32,170 nucleotides of DNA from positions 1 through 32,170 of the IMG/VR virus record IMGVR_UViG_3300025160_000016; one strand, given 5' to 3'. This DNA comes from a virus (lineage: Duplodnaviria > Caudoviricetes). The translations under genes and the position numbers were made by a program. How positions within the stretch are numbered: position 1 is the stretch's first letter; each line of letters opens with the position of its first letter. The notes beneath the pieces were generated by a model. That model did not search any database and had not been told where the DNA came from. It was given only the letters and a program-made list of their open reading frames with translations. Positions 16,124 through 26,800 of this stretch are shown in pieces.

Positions 16124-17836
16124 ATGGGAGTCAGAGACAAGATAGTTGGAGCAATGGTAGGGGCATCTTTGGGGGCTAATAGTCTCCAAGCTGCTGTTTC
16201 TAGTGCAGAAGAGGCAGAATTACGCGCTCAAGAGAGTATGGATGGTGGATTGGCTAACCTTGAGTTATCTATTGATGCTCAAGGATGGTCTGACCTAACC
16301 TCCGGCTATGGACGTTGGGACTTCCCCCGTGAACTGGTCCGTAGGATGGTGACTCTCGCCCGCCTGATGTTCGTCTGGAATCCCCTTATCCATAGAGCCG
16401 TGATTGTACAGGAGCTTTACGTTTGGGGGGGCGGGGTCAAGATCAAAGGGGATGACCCAGAAGTAGATAGGGTGCTTCAGGATTTCTTCCAAGACCGTAA
16501 GAATCAACGAGTTATAGGGGAGGCTTGGCCGGAACGTGAGAGAGAACAACGGATTGAGGGTAACACTTTCCTTGTGTTTTACCGCAATAAAGCTAACGGG
16601 AGTGCTAGGGTTCGTCTATTTCCTTTCGATCAAATCACAGATATTATCTATAACCCAGAGGATGCTAAGGAGCCGTGGTTCTACCGAAGAAGCTCACCGG
16701 CCACAGAATCGGACATCCAGAGGGACGAACTGTACCCGGACATAGACTTTTCTCCTAGCCGTAAGTCCTCTATTCCTACCAATATACCAAAGATGGCCGG
16801 TTTGAGGATTAGATGGGACAACCCTGTACTTCATATATCCACTGGGGGTATGTCCCAAATGAAGTATGGCATCCCAGAAATCTTCTCTGCTTTGCCTTGG
16901 GCTACCGCCTATAAGAAGATTCTTGAGAACTTTGCTACCATCTTAGGGGCCTACGCTCGGATGGCAATGCAGATTACAGGGTTAGGGGGGAAGAAAGGGA
17001 TTGCTGCAACCAAAACTAAGTTGAATACTGCCTTGAGTAGTGGCAATCTTAGGGATACCAACCCACCGCCAAATACTGCGGGTTGGGGTTTATTCTCTGG
17101 TGAGGCCAAAGTTGCGGCTATTAAAACATCAGGCTCTACAACCGCACCAGATGAGGCCAGAGAGTTGCAGTTGATGGTTGCTGCTGGCACAGACCTACCA
17201 ATTCACTTCTTCGGGGACTCTGACATCGGCAATTACGCCACGTCTGCCACTTTGGATAGACCCACCGAGTTGAAAATGGTGTCCCGCCAGAGAATGTGGA
17301 TGTTCGTCATCATCCGTATCTGTGAGAAGCTGAAACAATGGTCCGCTTTGGCTCCTCAAGGTAAACTCCGGCTGGCTGGTTATACGGCTGAGTCATCTAA
17401 GGATATTTTTGATGGTGGCAAAACTGTAACCGTTACACCACCAAAGGGCAGATTACTCACAGAAACCATTAAGTTCCCTAACATCCTTGAGCGGGATGTT
17501 GTAGATAGGGTTAGGGCTGTGGTTCAAGCCATAACTCTTGGTGGTAGCCCTGCTGAGGGTATCTTCCCAGGCCGTAAGTTGTCGTTCAGGTTGCTCTTGG
17601 AAGCCTTGAGCATTGAAGAGGATGAGGCTGAGAAGATCATCAAGGAATACTACCCGAAGGAAGTCTATCAAGGGTTCTTTGACCCAAAGGATAGGGCTAA
17701 GAATGAGGAGTTGGAGGCTAAAGGTAAGGCTGATCTTGGTCAAGCCGCGCTGGATTCTGCTGCTGCTGCTAAGGTTGCCGCCAAGAATAAGCCTAAGCCT
17801 TCAGGTTCTCCGGCTAAGGCAGTTAGTAATAAATAG
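16124..17836 (+). CDS. Portal protein
   Basis: 570 aa between terL and the head genes; NPLIHRAV, EGNTFL, YGIPEIFSALPW, HFFGDSDIGNYATS. Confidence 0.85.
   Translation: MGVRDKIVGAMVGASLGANSLQAAVSSAEEAELRAQESMDGGLANLELSIDAQGWSDLTSGYGRWDFPRELVRRMVTLARLMFVWNPLIHRAVIVQELYVWGGGVKIKGDDPEVDRVLQDFFQDRKNQRVIGEAWPEREREQRIEGNTFLVFYRNKANGSARVRLFPFDQITDIIYNPEDAKEPWFYRRSSPATESDIQRDELYPDIDFSPSRKSSIPTNIPKMAGLRIRWDNPVLHISTGGMSQMKYGIPEIFSALPWATAYKKILENFATILGAYARMAMQITGLGGKKGIAATKTKLNTALSSGNLRDTNPPPNTAGWGLFSGEAKVAAIKTSGSTTAPDEARELQLMVAAGTDLPIHFFGDSDIGNYATSATLDRPTELKMVSRQRMWMFVIIRICEKLKQWSALAPQGKLRLAGYTAESSKDIFDGGKTVTVTPPKGRLLTETIKFPNILERDVVDRVRAVVQAITLGGSPAEGIFPGRKLSFRLLLEALSIEEDEAEKIIKEYYPKEVYQGFFDPKDRAKNEELEAKGKADLGQAALDSAAAAKVAAKNKPKPSGSPAKAVSNK
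17425..17437. repeat. Dispersed palindrome copy 10 (TGTAACCGTTACA)
   Basis: Reads VTVT in the portal gene. Confidence 0.95.
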
Positions 17837-17918
17837 CTGTTACAACCTAGTTACGGTTGTTCCATATTGACTATATAAGCCCCTTGCTCGATGCTGGTTA
17901 TGGAGACCAGACTGTATC

Positions 17919-19016
17919 ATGCCGAAGCGAAACAAAAGCGAAACTCAGACCCTCATTGATGCTTTGCGGGTGTTCGAGAAGTCCTATGATGGCCTGTTAG
18001 ATGTGGTTAGAAGTTTCACAGAATCCTCTGATGGTGCTGTAACGGTTACACCCGGAGAGGTTGTTATGGAGTCCGTTGACTTCGGGGACTACATGCCAGC
18101 TAAGGAAGCGGGTCTGTCCCATGTCCCGGTTAAGCTCATTGGTCCTGGTTGGGGTTCACACGCCTACTACTCTGAGGCTTTGCTGAAGAAGTCTGGTCCT
18201 GTGGCGTTCCGTAAGGGAACCCATATGTACTGGAATCATGCCTCCTCTACAGAGGAAGCTGAGAGACCAGAGGGTGACTTAAACAATCTGGCCGCTGTTC
18301 TCACCAAGGATGCGTACTGGGACCAGAACGGTGCAAAGGGTCCGGGGTTGTACTCTGAGGCTAAGGTGTTTTCGGACTACTCTACTCAATTAGCAGAGAA
18401 AGGCCCCCATATCGGAGTGTCTATCAATGCTGCTATCAAGTTCCATGAGGGCGAAGCTGATGGCAAAGTTGGCAGGATTGCCGATGATTTTATCCACGCC
18501 TTCTCAACAGATTTTGTGACTAAGGCCGGTGCTAAAGGTGCTCCGGTGATGGAATCCCAGCGGGTAGAAGCCCCGCAGAATCAACAGGTTAAGGAGGGGT
18601 CAATGAGTCCTGAAGAGATTAAGGCCGCTGAGGATGCCAGGACTGCCAAGGCAGCAGCTTTGGCAACGGAGAATGCCGACCTGAAGGCCCGGTTGCAGAA
18701 GATGGAGACTGGCAGCTTTGTGTCTGAGGCTGTCCGCTCTGTGAGCCTAGCCCTCACTGAGGCAGAGATTGAGTTCAACCCCAAGTTGGTTGAGCGGGCC
18801 TGTATCAGCCCAGTCATCAAAGAGGGCAAGTTGGACCCCGAATGGCTCAAAGGCATCGTGGCCGACTTCTCCCCTGTTGGTGGTGGAAGAATTGAAGGCA
18901 ATGGTGCTCCCCTCACCAAGGAATCCTCTAAGGAAACTGGGGCAAGAATCCGTGAGACCATGAAGCGACTGGGCGTACCAGAAGCCGGGTTGGATGTGGC
19001 CTCTTCTCTCAACTAG
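17919..19016 (+). CDS. Prohead protease/scaffold protein
   Basis: LIGPGWGSHAYYS, MYWNH, IGVSINA, STDFVTKAGAKG, then a helical scaffold-like C-terminus; position before the capsid genes. Confidence 0.75.
   Translation: MPKRNKSETQTLIDALRVFEKSYDGLLDVVRSFTESSDGAVTVTPGEVVMESVDFGDYMPAKEAGLSHVPVKLIGPGWGSHAYYSEALLKKSGPVAFRKGTHMYWNHASSTEEAERPEGDLNNLAAVLTKDAYWDQNGAKGPGLYSEAKVFSDYSTQLAEKGPHIGVSINAAIKFHEGEADGKVGRIADDFIHAFSTDFVTKAGAKGAPVMESQRVEAPQNQQVKEGSMSPEEIKAAEDARTAKAAALATENADLKARLQKMETGSFVSEAVRSVSLALTEAEIEFNPKLVERACISPVIKEGKLDPEWLKGIVADFSPVGGGRIEGNGAPLTKESSKETGARIRETMKRLGVPEAGLDVASSLN
18038..18050. repeat. Dispersed palindrome copy 11 (TGTAACGGTTACA)
   Basis: Reads VTVT in the protease/scaffold gene. 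Confidence 0.95.
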
Positions 19017-19055
19017 CACGTTATCCGCGCAAGCGCATTCGATTAGGAGGATGAC

Positions 19056-19460
19056 ATGGCTCTGAACAGAAAGTTCGCAGGCAATAACACCACACTCCCG
19101 CTCACCAAAGCTACTGCCCAGACTGCCGCCCGTACCAGTAATGGTGCTCTGGCTGGTGATCCGGTTGTGATAGGGCAAATCCCCGGTGTGGCTTTGATTG
19201 ACGCTGACTCCTCGCAAAAGACCGTGGTTCAGATTGACGGGGTGTTTGAGTTGCTGGTTGCAGGCATTGATGCCAGCGGCTCTCCTGGCGATAACTCTGT
19301 TCTCGGTGGTGAGGCTGTGTACTTTAACAAAGATCACACACCCCCACTGGATGTTGACCCCAACGGTATCCTCTTTGGCTATGCTTTGGGGGATGCCGGA
19401 GTTGAACTGGTAGCCGCCGGTGCGACAACCACGCTAATCAACGTTTTGGTTGGCAAGTAA
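19056..19460 (+). CDS. DUF2190-like capsid cement/decoration protein
   Basis: AGDPVVIGQIPGVALID, GVFEL, GEAVYF, LFGYAL; AGGAGG RBS. Confidence 0.8.
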   Translation: MALNRKFAGNNTTLPLTKATAQTAARTSNGALAGDPVVIGQIPGVALIDADSSQKTVVQIDGVFELLVAGIDASGSPGDNSVLGGEAVYFNKDHTPPLDVDPNGILFGYALGDAGVELVAAGATTTLINVLVGK

Positions 19461-19462
19461 CC

Positions 19463-19475
19463 TGTAACCGTTACA
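19463..19475. repeat. Dispersed palindrome copy 12 (TGTAACCGTTACA)
   Basis: Intergenic, upstream of the capsid gene. Confidence 0.95.
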
Positions 19476-19503
19476 CTTTCACCTGTTCAAATTGGAGGGT
19501 AAA

Positions 19504-20712
19504 ATGAGGTTCACCGAAAGATTGAAGAGTATGATGACGGAAGCGCAGGCTGTTCGTGAGTCCCTAGCCTTCCATGATCCCTCCGTAAGGGAGAGCATTA
19601 GCACTCCCGATGCAGAACGGGGAGAGCGTCTGTTGCATCTGCGTAGCGGTCAACGCTGGAATGAGTTAGTCGCTGAGGCGGGTGAGTTGATTGCTGATGT
19701 GCGAGATGGGAAACGCCCTGACTGGCATCTCCGTGAGGCAATGACCACCAGTGATTTCCCAGAACTGTTTGGGGACTTACTCTATCGGCAGTTGCTCGGT
19801 AACTTCCGTGCTTTCCCCAGCACTATCAGTTCTTGGATGAAGATGCACGAAGTACGGGACTTCCGTGCTCTCAATCTGTACACTATTGATGGGGGCAATG
19901 GCATCTTGGAAACGGTAGCCGAGAGAGCACCTTACCCTGAGATTAGCTTTACCGAAGGCAAAAAGTCCATTCAAGTCCTGAAGTATGGCAAGCGATTTGG
20001 GCTGTCATTTGAGATGTTGATTAATGATGACTTGAACGCCTTCTCTGACCGTGCCCGGTTCATGGCTGAGTCAGCCCGCAATTCAGAGGAGAAGCTGGGG
20101 GCACAGCAGATTGCCGACATAAACGGTCCTCATGCTTCATTCTTCACAGCGGGTAATGCAAATATCGTGACGGGCAATCCTGCCCTGTCCATCGGGGGTC
20201 TGCAAACCGCCTACAAGGTTCTGGCCGCGATGACCGATAGTGAGGGGATGCCTATCGCAATCTCCGGGGTGATCCTCATGGTGACTCCTAACCTTGAGGT
20301 TACGGCCATGAATATTCTGAATGCAATCAACCTGGATATCCGTGGTGAGTCTGGCGGTGGGACTACGGAACAGTTCCTCACTGTGGGGAACTGGATGAGG
20401 GGCCGCGTCACTCTGATTGTCAACCACTTCCTGCCCCTGGTTTCCACTTCGGAGACTACAGATAATTGGTTCCTGATTGCCAATCCGAATGACGGAACTC
20501 GCCCTGCCTTCCACTTCGCTCATCTTCGTGGCCGTAGGAATCCTCAGTTGTTCATCAAGGACGGCAACGCCCGTCAGCTTGGCGGCGGGGTTGTTGATCC
20601 TCTTGAGGGTGACTTCGATAGCGACTCGGTTGACTACCGCCTGCGTCACATCATGGGTGCTCAACAGGGCGAACCTAAGATGGCGGTTGCATCAAATGGG
20701 TCTGGTTCGTAA
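19504..20712 (+). CDS. Major capsid protein (Mu gpT-like HK97 fold)
   Basis: TTSDFPELFG, VRDFR, KYGKRFGLSFEMLINDDLNAF, GDFDSDSVDYRLRH; GGAGG RBS. Confidence 0.9.
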   Translation: MRFTERLKSMMTEAQAVRESLAFHDPSVRESISTPDAERGERLLHLRSGQRWNELVAEAGELIADVRDGKRPDWHLREAMTTSDFPELFGDLLYRQLLGNFRAFPSTISSWMKMHEVRDFRALNLYTIDGGNGILETVAERAPYPEISFTEGKKSIQVLKYGKRFGLSFEMLINDDLNAFSDRARFMAESARNSEEKLGAQQIADINGPHASFFTAGNANIVTGNPALSIGGLQTAYKVLAAMTDSEGMPIAISGVILMVTPNLEVTAMNILNAINLDIRGESGGGTTEQFLTVGNWMRGRVTLIVNHFLPLVSTSETTDNWFLIANPNDGTRPAFHFAHLRGRRNPQLFIKDGNARQLGGGVVDPLEGDFDSDSVDYRLRHIMGAQQGEPKMAVASNGSGS

Positions 20713-20894
20713 TGGCTAGGGCTGACGGACTCCCCCATCCAGTTACCATAGGGGAGTCCTACCTAGCCGCTATCCTTGATGAACTGAGAGACTTGAAAAG
20801 TATGATGGCCCCTGTGGTACTTACGGAGAAGTCAGATGAGATCAGAGTTAGGGAGCCTGAAGTTCATCAAGGGAAACGAAAGAAGTTCGGTTAG
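20712..20894 (+). CDS. Small hypothetical head-associated protein
   Basis: TAATG coupling to the capsid gene; followed by a terminator. Confidence 0.7.
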   Translation: MARADGLPHPVTIGESYLAAILDELRDLKSMMAPVVLTEKSDEIRVREPEVHQGKRKKFG

Positions 20895-20924
20895 CATTGC
20901 GCTCGTCTGTGCCGATCCAAGATG

Positions 20925-20957
20925 GGGAGCCTTCCGACGGGACAGGCTCCCTTTTTT
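20925..20957 (+). terminator. Rho-independent terminator
   Basis: GGGAGCCT...AGGCTCCC stem followed by TTTTTT. Confidence 0.85.
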
Positions 20958-20958
20958 G

Positions 20959-20971
20959 TGTAACCGTTACA
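20959..20971. repeat. Dispersed palindrome copy 13 (TGTAACCGTTACA)
   Basis: Immediately after the terminator U-tract. Confidence 0.95.
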
Positions 20972-20992
20972 TTTTAGTGTGGGGGATTTCAC

Positions 20993-22996
20993 ATGACTTT
21001 GACTAGACTGCTATTGCTCTTGGCTCTATCCTGGCCTGCTTTTGGTCAGACCACCTTTAATCCTCCAAATGCTCCTGCGTCCAATGCTGCTGGTTTCTCT
21101 GGCTCTCTGGATGCTACGGATGAATGGTTGGAGATCATAGTAGGGGGGTACAGTTCTGTAGGGGTGCAACTTAGTGGTACTTGGGGGGGTACAATTAGCT
21201 TCCAATGCACATTGAATGGCACATCATGGACCGCCCTAGATTTTCAACCGTCCTCCGGTACGACGCTTGTTACCTCCTCTACCTCTAATGGCACATGGTC
21301 TACTCCCTCTGGTGGATGTACTAGAATAAGGTTCTACGGCACGTCTATAACTTCTGGGACGGCTATTATCAGTACTAGAGTTAGTACATCTTCTGCCTCT
21401 AGGGGGAAAGGTGGTGGTGGGGCTGGGGATATTGAGGGTGTGACGGCAGGAACCAACCTTAATGGAGGCGGGACTTCTGGGACCGTGACACTCAACGTAG
21501 ATAATCCGGTTGTGGCTGACCTGACGGGCAATGTTACGGGCAACGTGAGTGGGTCGAGCGGAAGCACAACGGGGAATGCGGCCACTGCTACGGCTCTTGC
21601 CGCCGACCCAGCCGATTGCTCTGCCGACAACTTTGCCACGGGGATTAACGCCTCCGGGACGCTTGCTTGCAATACCCTGGCATACATCGTGGGAAGCGTG
21701 AATCTCGGCGCTGCAACAAGCCTCATCCTCCCAAATGCTGCCGGAGCCGCGCCGACCGCAGACGCGGATTTTAGGTTCAACACTACGCCTGATCGTCCGG
21801 TTTGGGGGTGCGGTGGAATCACCTGTACAGGGGTGGCGACAGAGGACACGATTGATTTTACCACCTACGCCGATGGAAGCACCGTAACGGCGGTATCGGG
21901 TGCTCCTGTAGAGACGCCAATCACTGATAGCAACGCGACTGGGGAAGCTCTCCAGTTCGATGTACTGACGGGTTTCTCTAAGATCACTGGGATTGTACAG
22001 AACACCTTGACGCTTACCGGCGGCGCGGGCATCGCGGCGATTGGTGACTTGAGCGCAAACCGGACGGTGGCTACCGCTTCCGGTGAGGCTGATTTCCTGG
22101 CTTCGGGTGCGCTGACGTGCGGCGCAGCGACTCAGGGGAAGGTGCAAGTTCACACCACGCCGTTGCAATATTGCGACACCGCAGTAACGCCCGTGTTGCA
22201 GTACGCGGCCTATGGCGCTTCCGATGGCGATGCGCTGGCCGGAGATTCAATTCTCAGCTTCTTCCCCGCTTTCACCACCGCGCAACTTGCCACGGAATTG
22301 AGTGATGAGGACTACGAGCCGGGAGATGAGGTCAGCACGGAAGCCACACTTGATTTTGTCGCCTTGATTGACGACGAAGATACCCCGCTGGCCTTTCAAA
22401 GAACGCTGAATTTTGAGGGGGCGGGCGTCACTTGCGCGGACGATGTAGACCAAACGACCTGTACAATTGCCGGTGGCGGTTCAAATGCCATTATCAGAGT
22501 TCCACTTATCAATTGGGCAACCACCCCCGATGCCACCGGGCGGGCATTTTTCGAGAATTATACCACCAAAGCCACAAACGACATTTTCAAGCACCTTGTT
22601 CTAACTCTGAATAATCCGGGCGCGGGCGAGAGCCACGGGATTTATGGCACGTTCGACATTCCGAATGCCTGCACAGCATCCGAAGTTGTCAGGATTCTTT
22701 GGACCTCTACTGCAATTACGGGTGTAGCAAACTTCGCCTTCGATTACCGGGCGATTGGCGGGGATGATACTGAGTCGCTAGACCAAGCCACCTTCCAGGA
22801 ACAGATTGACATTGAGGATACGGCCCCGTCTGCTACGGATGAGCGCATGAACATCACGGGAGCCTTGACCGGGACAAACCTTGCCGCTGGGGACACGGTA
22901 GAGTTCTTTTTCTATCGACAGGACGAAACAGGAGTGGATACTCTTGCCGCTGCTGTTACGATTCACGGGCTGTTCTTTGAATGCACGGAGGAATAA
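20993..22996 (+). CDS. Fibre-like Gly/Thr/Ala-rich protein with a Sec signal peptide
   Basis: MTLTRLLLLLALSWPAFG|Q; beta-sandwich-like N-domain; GDIEGVTAGTNLNGGGTSGTVTL and GNVTGNVSG fibre-type repeats. Confidence 0.7.
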   Translation: MTLTRLLLLLALSWPAFGQTTFNPPNAPASNAAGFSGSLDATDEWLEIIVGGYSSVGVQLSGTWGGTISFQCTLNGTSWTALDFQPSSGTTLVTSSTSNGTWSTPSGGCTRIRFYGTSITSGTAIISTRVSTSSASRGKGGGGAGDIEGVTAGTNLNGGGTSGTVTLNVDNPVVADLTGNVTGNVSGSSGSTTGNAATATALAADPADCSADNFATGINASGTLACNTLAYIVGSVNLGAATSLILPNAAGAAPTADADFRFNTTPDRPVWGCGGITCTGVATEDTIDFTTYADGSTVTAVSGAPVETPITDSNATGEALQFDVLTGFSKITGIVQNTLTLTGGAGIAAIGDLSANRTVATASGEADFLASGALTCGAATQGKVQVHTTPLQYCDTAVTPVLQYAAYGASDGDALAGDSILSFFPAFTTAQLATELSDEDYEPGDEVSTEATLDFVALIDDEDTPLAFQRTLNFEGAGVTCADDVDQTTCTIAGGGSNAIIRVPLINWATTPDATGRAFFENYTTKATNDIFKHLVLTLNNPGAGESHGIYGTFDIPNACTASEVVRILWTSTAITGVANFAFDYRAIGGDDTESLDQATFQEQIDIEDTAPSATDERMNITGALTGTNLAAGDTVEFFFYRQDETGVDTLAAAVTIHGLFFECTEE

Positions 22997-22997
22997 T

Positions 22998-23801
22998 ATG
23001 CTTCGCTATTTCTTGATTGCGTTGCTGGCCTGCCAACTTTCTTTCGGCTCACGTGATTTTGACGGCACTGATGATTCAGTGGATTGTGGTTCTGGTGCGT
23101 CTCTTGATAACCTCAAAGCTGGTGGAGGCATGTCGATCTCTTTCTGGTTTTATGCGGACACCCTGACCCTTGGCGAAACTTACATAGAGAAAGAGGATAC
23201 GGGAGACTCTCTCGGCTGGGACATTAGGATTGGTGAGGGAGTAAGCAGCAGACTTCAATTTGTCCATCAGGGAACGACTGATTTTTTTAAAATAACTGTA
23301 AACGGCACCGTCACTACAGGAGTGTGGACTCATGTTGTTTTTACATGGGATGGTTCCGATACCGCAGCCAATTCCCATTTTTATGTGAATGGTACTGAGG
23401 CATCTTATCAGAGTGGTGGCGATGGTGTGAGTTTAACAGACGATTCAGCGCAACCTTTTATGATCGGCGCTGAAAGTAATGAGACCAACTCGTTTGATGG
23501 AAGGATCGCGGAAGTAGCAGTGTGGGGTGGTGGAGCTATTTTGGCAAATGAGATTGCCGCACTCGCCAATAAATTACCACCTACTAGAGCCGTCCGATCA
23601 AAGACTCTGGTATTTTGGGGTCCGCTAGGACAAGGTTCCCCCGAACCAGATTGGAGCGGAAATGCGAACAATTGTACCGTAACTGGGGCGGTGGTAGCGG
23701 ATCATCCGCCGGTTGCGCCTTACTTCGGATATATTTACAGGGACGCGTTAGATATCCTGGCAGGATTCCTTTCGGGGTTAAGATATGCTTTCCAAAGTTA
23801 A
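22998..23801 (+). CDS. LamG/concanavalin A-like lectin-domain protein with a signal peptide
   Basis: MLRYFLIALLACQLSFG|; FDGTDDSV, WTHVVFTWDG, FYVNG, FDGRIAEVAVW. Confidence 0.85.
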   Translation: MLRYFLIALLACQLSFGSRDFDGTDDSVDCGSGASLDNLKAGGGMSISFWFYADTLTLGETYIEKEDTGDSLGWDIRIGEGVSSRLQFVHQGTTDFFKITVNGTVTTGVWTHVVFTWDGSDTAANSHFYVNGTEASYQSGGDGVSLTDDSAQPFMIGAESNETNSFDGRIAEVAVWGGGAILANEIAALANKLPPTRAVRSKTLVFWGPLGQGSPEPDWSGNANNCTVTGAVVADHPPVAPYFGYIYRDALDILAGFLSGLRYAFQS

Positions 23802-26800
23802 GTGGCTTGTTCTACTCCTTCTCTGCGCGGCGACTCTTCAAGCCGCCACGATCAACTGTACTCATCCCTGTCTTGAGCCGACCCGCGTAGCAAATGCGGC
23901 GGCACACGAAGCAGCTAATACGGCCCAGTGGATCGCGTTCAAGGCTAACCTGGACCAACACCTGACAGATACCGTAGGCGATCCAGATTCGTTCGCACTC
24001 TACTACCACATCACCGGGAACGCAACCTATGGAGCGAAAGTAGCTCCATTTATGTGGCAGGTTGTCCGCACCAAAGAGCAAGAGTATCGGATCACATCCA
24101 TCTCAACGGCGAACCCTGCCGTAGTCACTACGCCAGTTGCACATAACCTAACGAACGGAGCAACGATTTGGATTATGGGAGCCACAGGTGATTGGGCTGC
24201 ATTAAATAGCGCCCACATCGCCACCGTGACCGGAACCACCACCTTTACCATCCCAGTAGACACATCCCTTTATATGGGCGCGTTCCCGGCCACCATCACG
24301 GCTTTTATTGGGAATCCAAATCTAAACATAGAGGGGGATTGGTGGAGGAACAACGCCTACGCATTCGCTCTCGGATACGATCTTGCCAGAGACCTCATCG
24401 TTGGGGATGAGCGAGATGCGCTTATATTCTTTCTTGCTGCTGAGGTTCAAGGAAGTTTTAATGAGTGGCTTGGGAACACGACCCAAGAGAATGTCGGAGG
24501 GAACATAAATTCAGGGTATCTTAGAACCAATATCGCGGTCACGATAGCCCTGAAAGATGACTGGGTGGACGCCCAAAGTACTTATGACACTCTACGTGAT
24601 CTTGTTGGTACCTACATGATTCCTGCCCTGAATGGCCTTCCGTGGAAGGGGGGGGCAACACCGGAAGGGTGGGAATACGGGCGGCAAGCGGTAAACATGA
24701 TGCTGACAGCCTTGATTAACATCGAAGCTGGGACTGGAGAGGACGTGTGGGCACTTGTAGAAAATTGGCCCGAAGATCAACTCGATCACCTTCTTTCTTC
24801 AATTTCCCCAACCGTTTCAGTGAAGAACTCCTTTTTCTGGCCTCAGTACGGGGATTTGCTGACTCAAAACCAGATCGCCTACAACGACCTCGACCGAGCG
24901 ATGATCTCTGGGCTATACAGTTACTTCAAAACAATCAATCCAGACGCGACCAGGGCGGCCTATGCACTCTACTGGTTGCAGAACATGAAAGATGAATATA
25001 ATAATGATACCTACCTGATTTACGAAGTAATGCGCCTAACGGCTGGTGGTTCCACTGCAACTGATTGGCGTACTGGAACCAATCTTACGCAGTACTTAGC
25101 ATCCGGCATGGGAATCATGTCGGCGAGAAGCTCCTGGGCAACAGACGCGAATTGGCTGACTTGCTTTGCCGGAATACGGGCTACGAATCACTGGCATAAT
25201 ACTTCCGGCGCATGTGATTGGTATCGTGGAGCTACTAAATTAAGTGTTACGGATAACGGCTATAATGGGATTTTCAAGCAACAGGTGGTTAAGAACGGGC
25301 CTCAAGTTGGGGTTTATCCGTATGTGAACGGCCCTGTACCAGGAAATACTCTGGGCGTGTTCGGGCAGGATGTCACTTCTCGCTATCGAGCGGTTCCTGG
25401 AACTTCAAGTCATGTTCGGTATGACGGGACGCTCCACTGGAAGCGAGTTACACCCGGTAGCATGCCGGAAGTGGATTTAGTCCAGAGTAACTTCCTGTAT
25501 ATAAACCCAAACTTCTTGGTTCTGTTTCGGCATCACACCTGCGAGGCTCCGGGCTGCTTTGCTACTGACCAATTCCAGACCCCAGCAGCTCCGGCCACGG
25601 TGGGGATTGTGGGAGACCGCATCACGATCACGAACGGAGACAATAAACTTTTCATTAACGGGGTCTATCCGACGGATTTGAACTACATCGAACGGGACAA
25701 CAACAAGCATCACGTCCTTAACTACCGGAAATCAAATCCCGCACTTTTGTTGATGGACAGCATTCATACAAAAAGGTTCCCGTTTACGCTCATCCTCACA
25801 GGGGCTACGGATGAATGCACCGATTTCAATGGGACCTGGACTGCCACGGTCCCTTCCGGTGGGGTCAACAACGGCTTTAGTGAACATGGTGTTACTATCC
25901 CTTATGATGCCACGAGCGAGACGTGCGACATGTCGGACCAGGACATTGAGACTGACTTGGTTGTCAATGGAAACAACCAACCTAACGGGGATCGGGTGGA
26001 TTCGATCAGTCCCACCATTTCGGAGGAAACATACCGCTTCTATGTTTACGAGTCCGGCGACGGGAGCGCGGTTGCTTCTACCGTGACAGCGTTGACGAAC
26101 CTGACGAACGCCATTGGCGCGGAGTTTGGGGATCAGGTAGTTGCGGCCCGAACGGGCGCAAGTGAAACGGCCACGCTCATTTTCAATTTCAACCCAACCG
26201 GCTCAAAAACTGTTCGCATTCTTGGCAACACGCCTTCAACTGGCTATGCCCGCTCTGTTGTGGGAAGCACATTTACGCTTTCGTCTCCCGGCTCGGACGT
26301 GACGGCGGATTCTGCCGGGGTGATTCTCACGGACGATGCGGGCGGAACCCCCACTCCGTTTATTGGCCTTGCGCCTACTGCGTTCACCTTCAATGCAACG
26401 GAGGGTGGCGCAAATCCGGCAACGCAAAGTCTCTCTATTACGAATCAGGGCGGTGGTTCGCTGGGCGCTTGGACCGCAGCGGGAAGCCAAGCGTGGCTTA
26501 CTTGCGCCCCGGCGTTAGGAACGGATGATGCAACATGCGCCGTCACGATAGACACCACGGGCCTTGCCGACATGACCTATAACGAGACGCTGACCATTAC
26601 GGCGGCGGCGGCTTCAAACAGCCCGCAGGTGGTTAATGTGACGCTGGTACTGAGTCCCGCCCCAGTCCCCACGATTGCGGCAACGCCGACCTCGCTCGCG
26701 TTCATGGCTGCATTGGGCGACATGGACCCGTCCGATACGGTAGCCATTGACGGAGGGGCCGTTGCATTGGGAAGTTGGACGTGTGGCGTTACTGCTGGGG

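Noticed and set aside
17867-17895. Possible promoter TTGACT upstream of the protease/scaffold gene
   Set aside because: No convincing -10 box at a 16-18 bp spacing.
21236-22168. Long antisense ORFs (310 aa here; also 26614-27405 and 18747-19337)
   Set aside because: Shadow frames of well-supported plus-strand genes, with no recognisable motifs.
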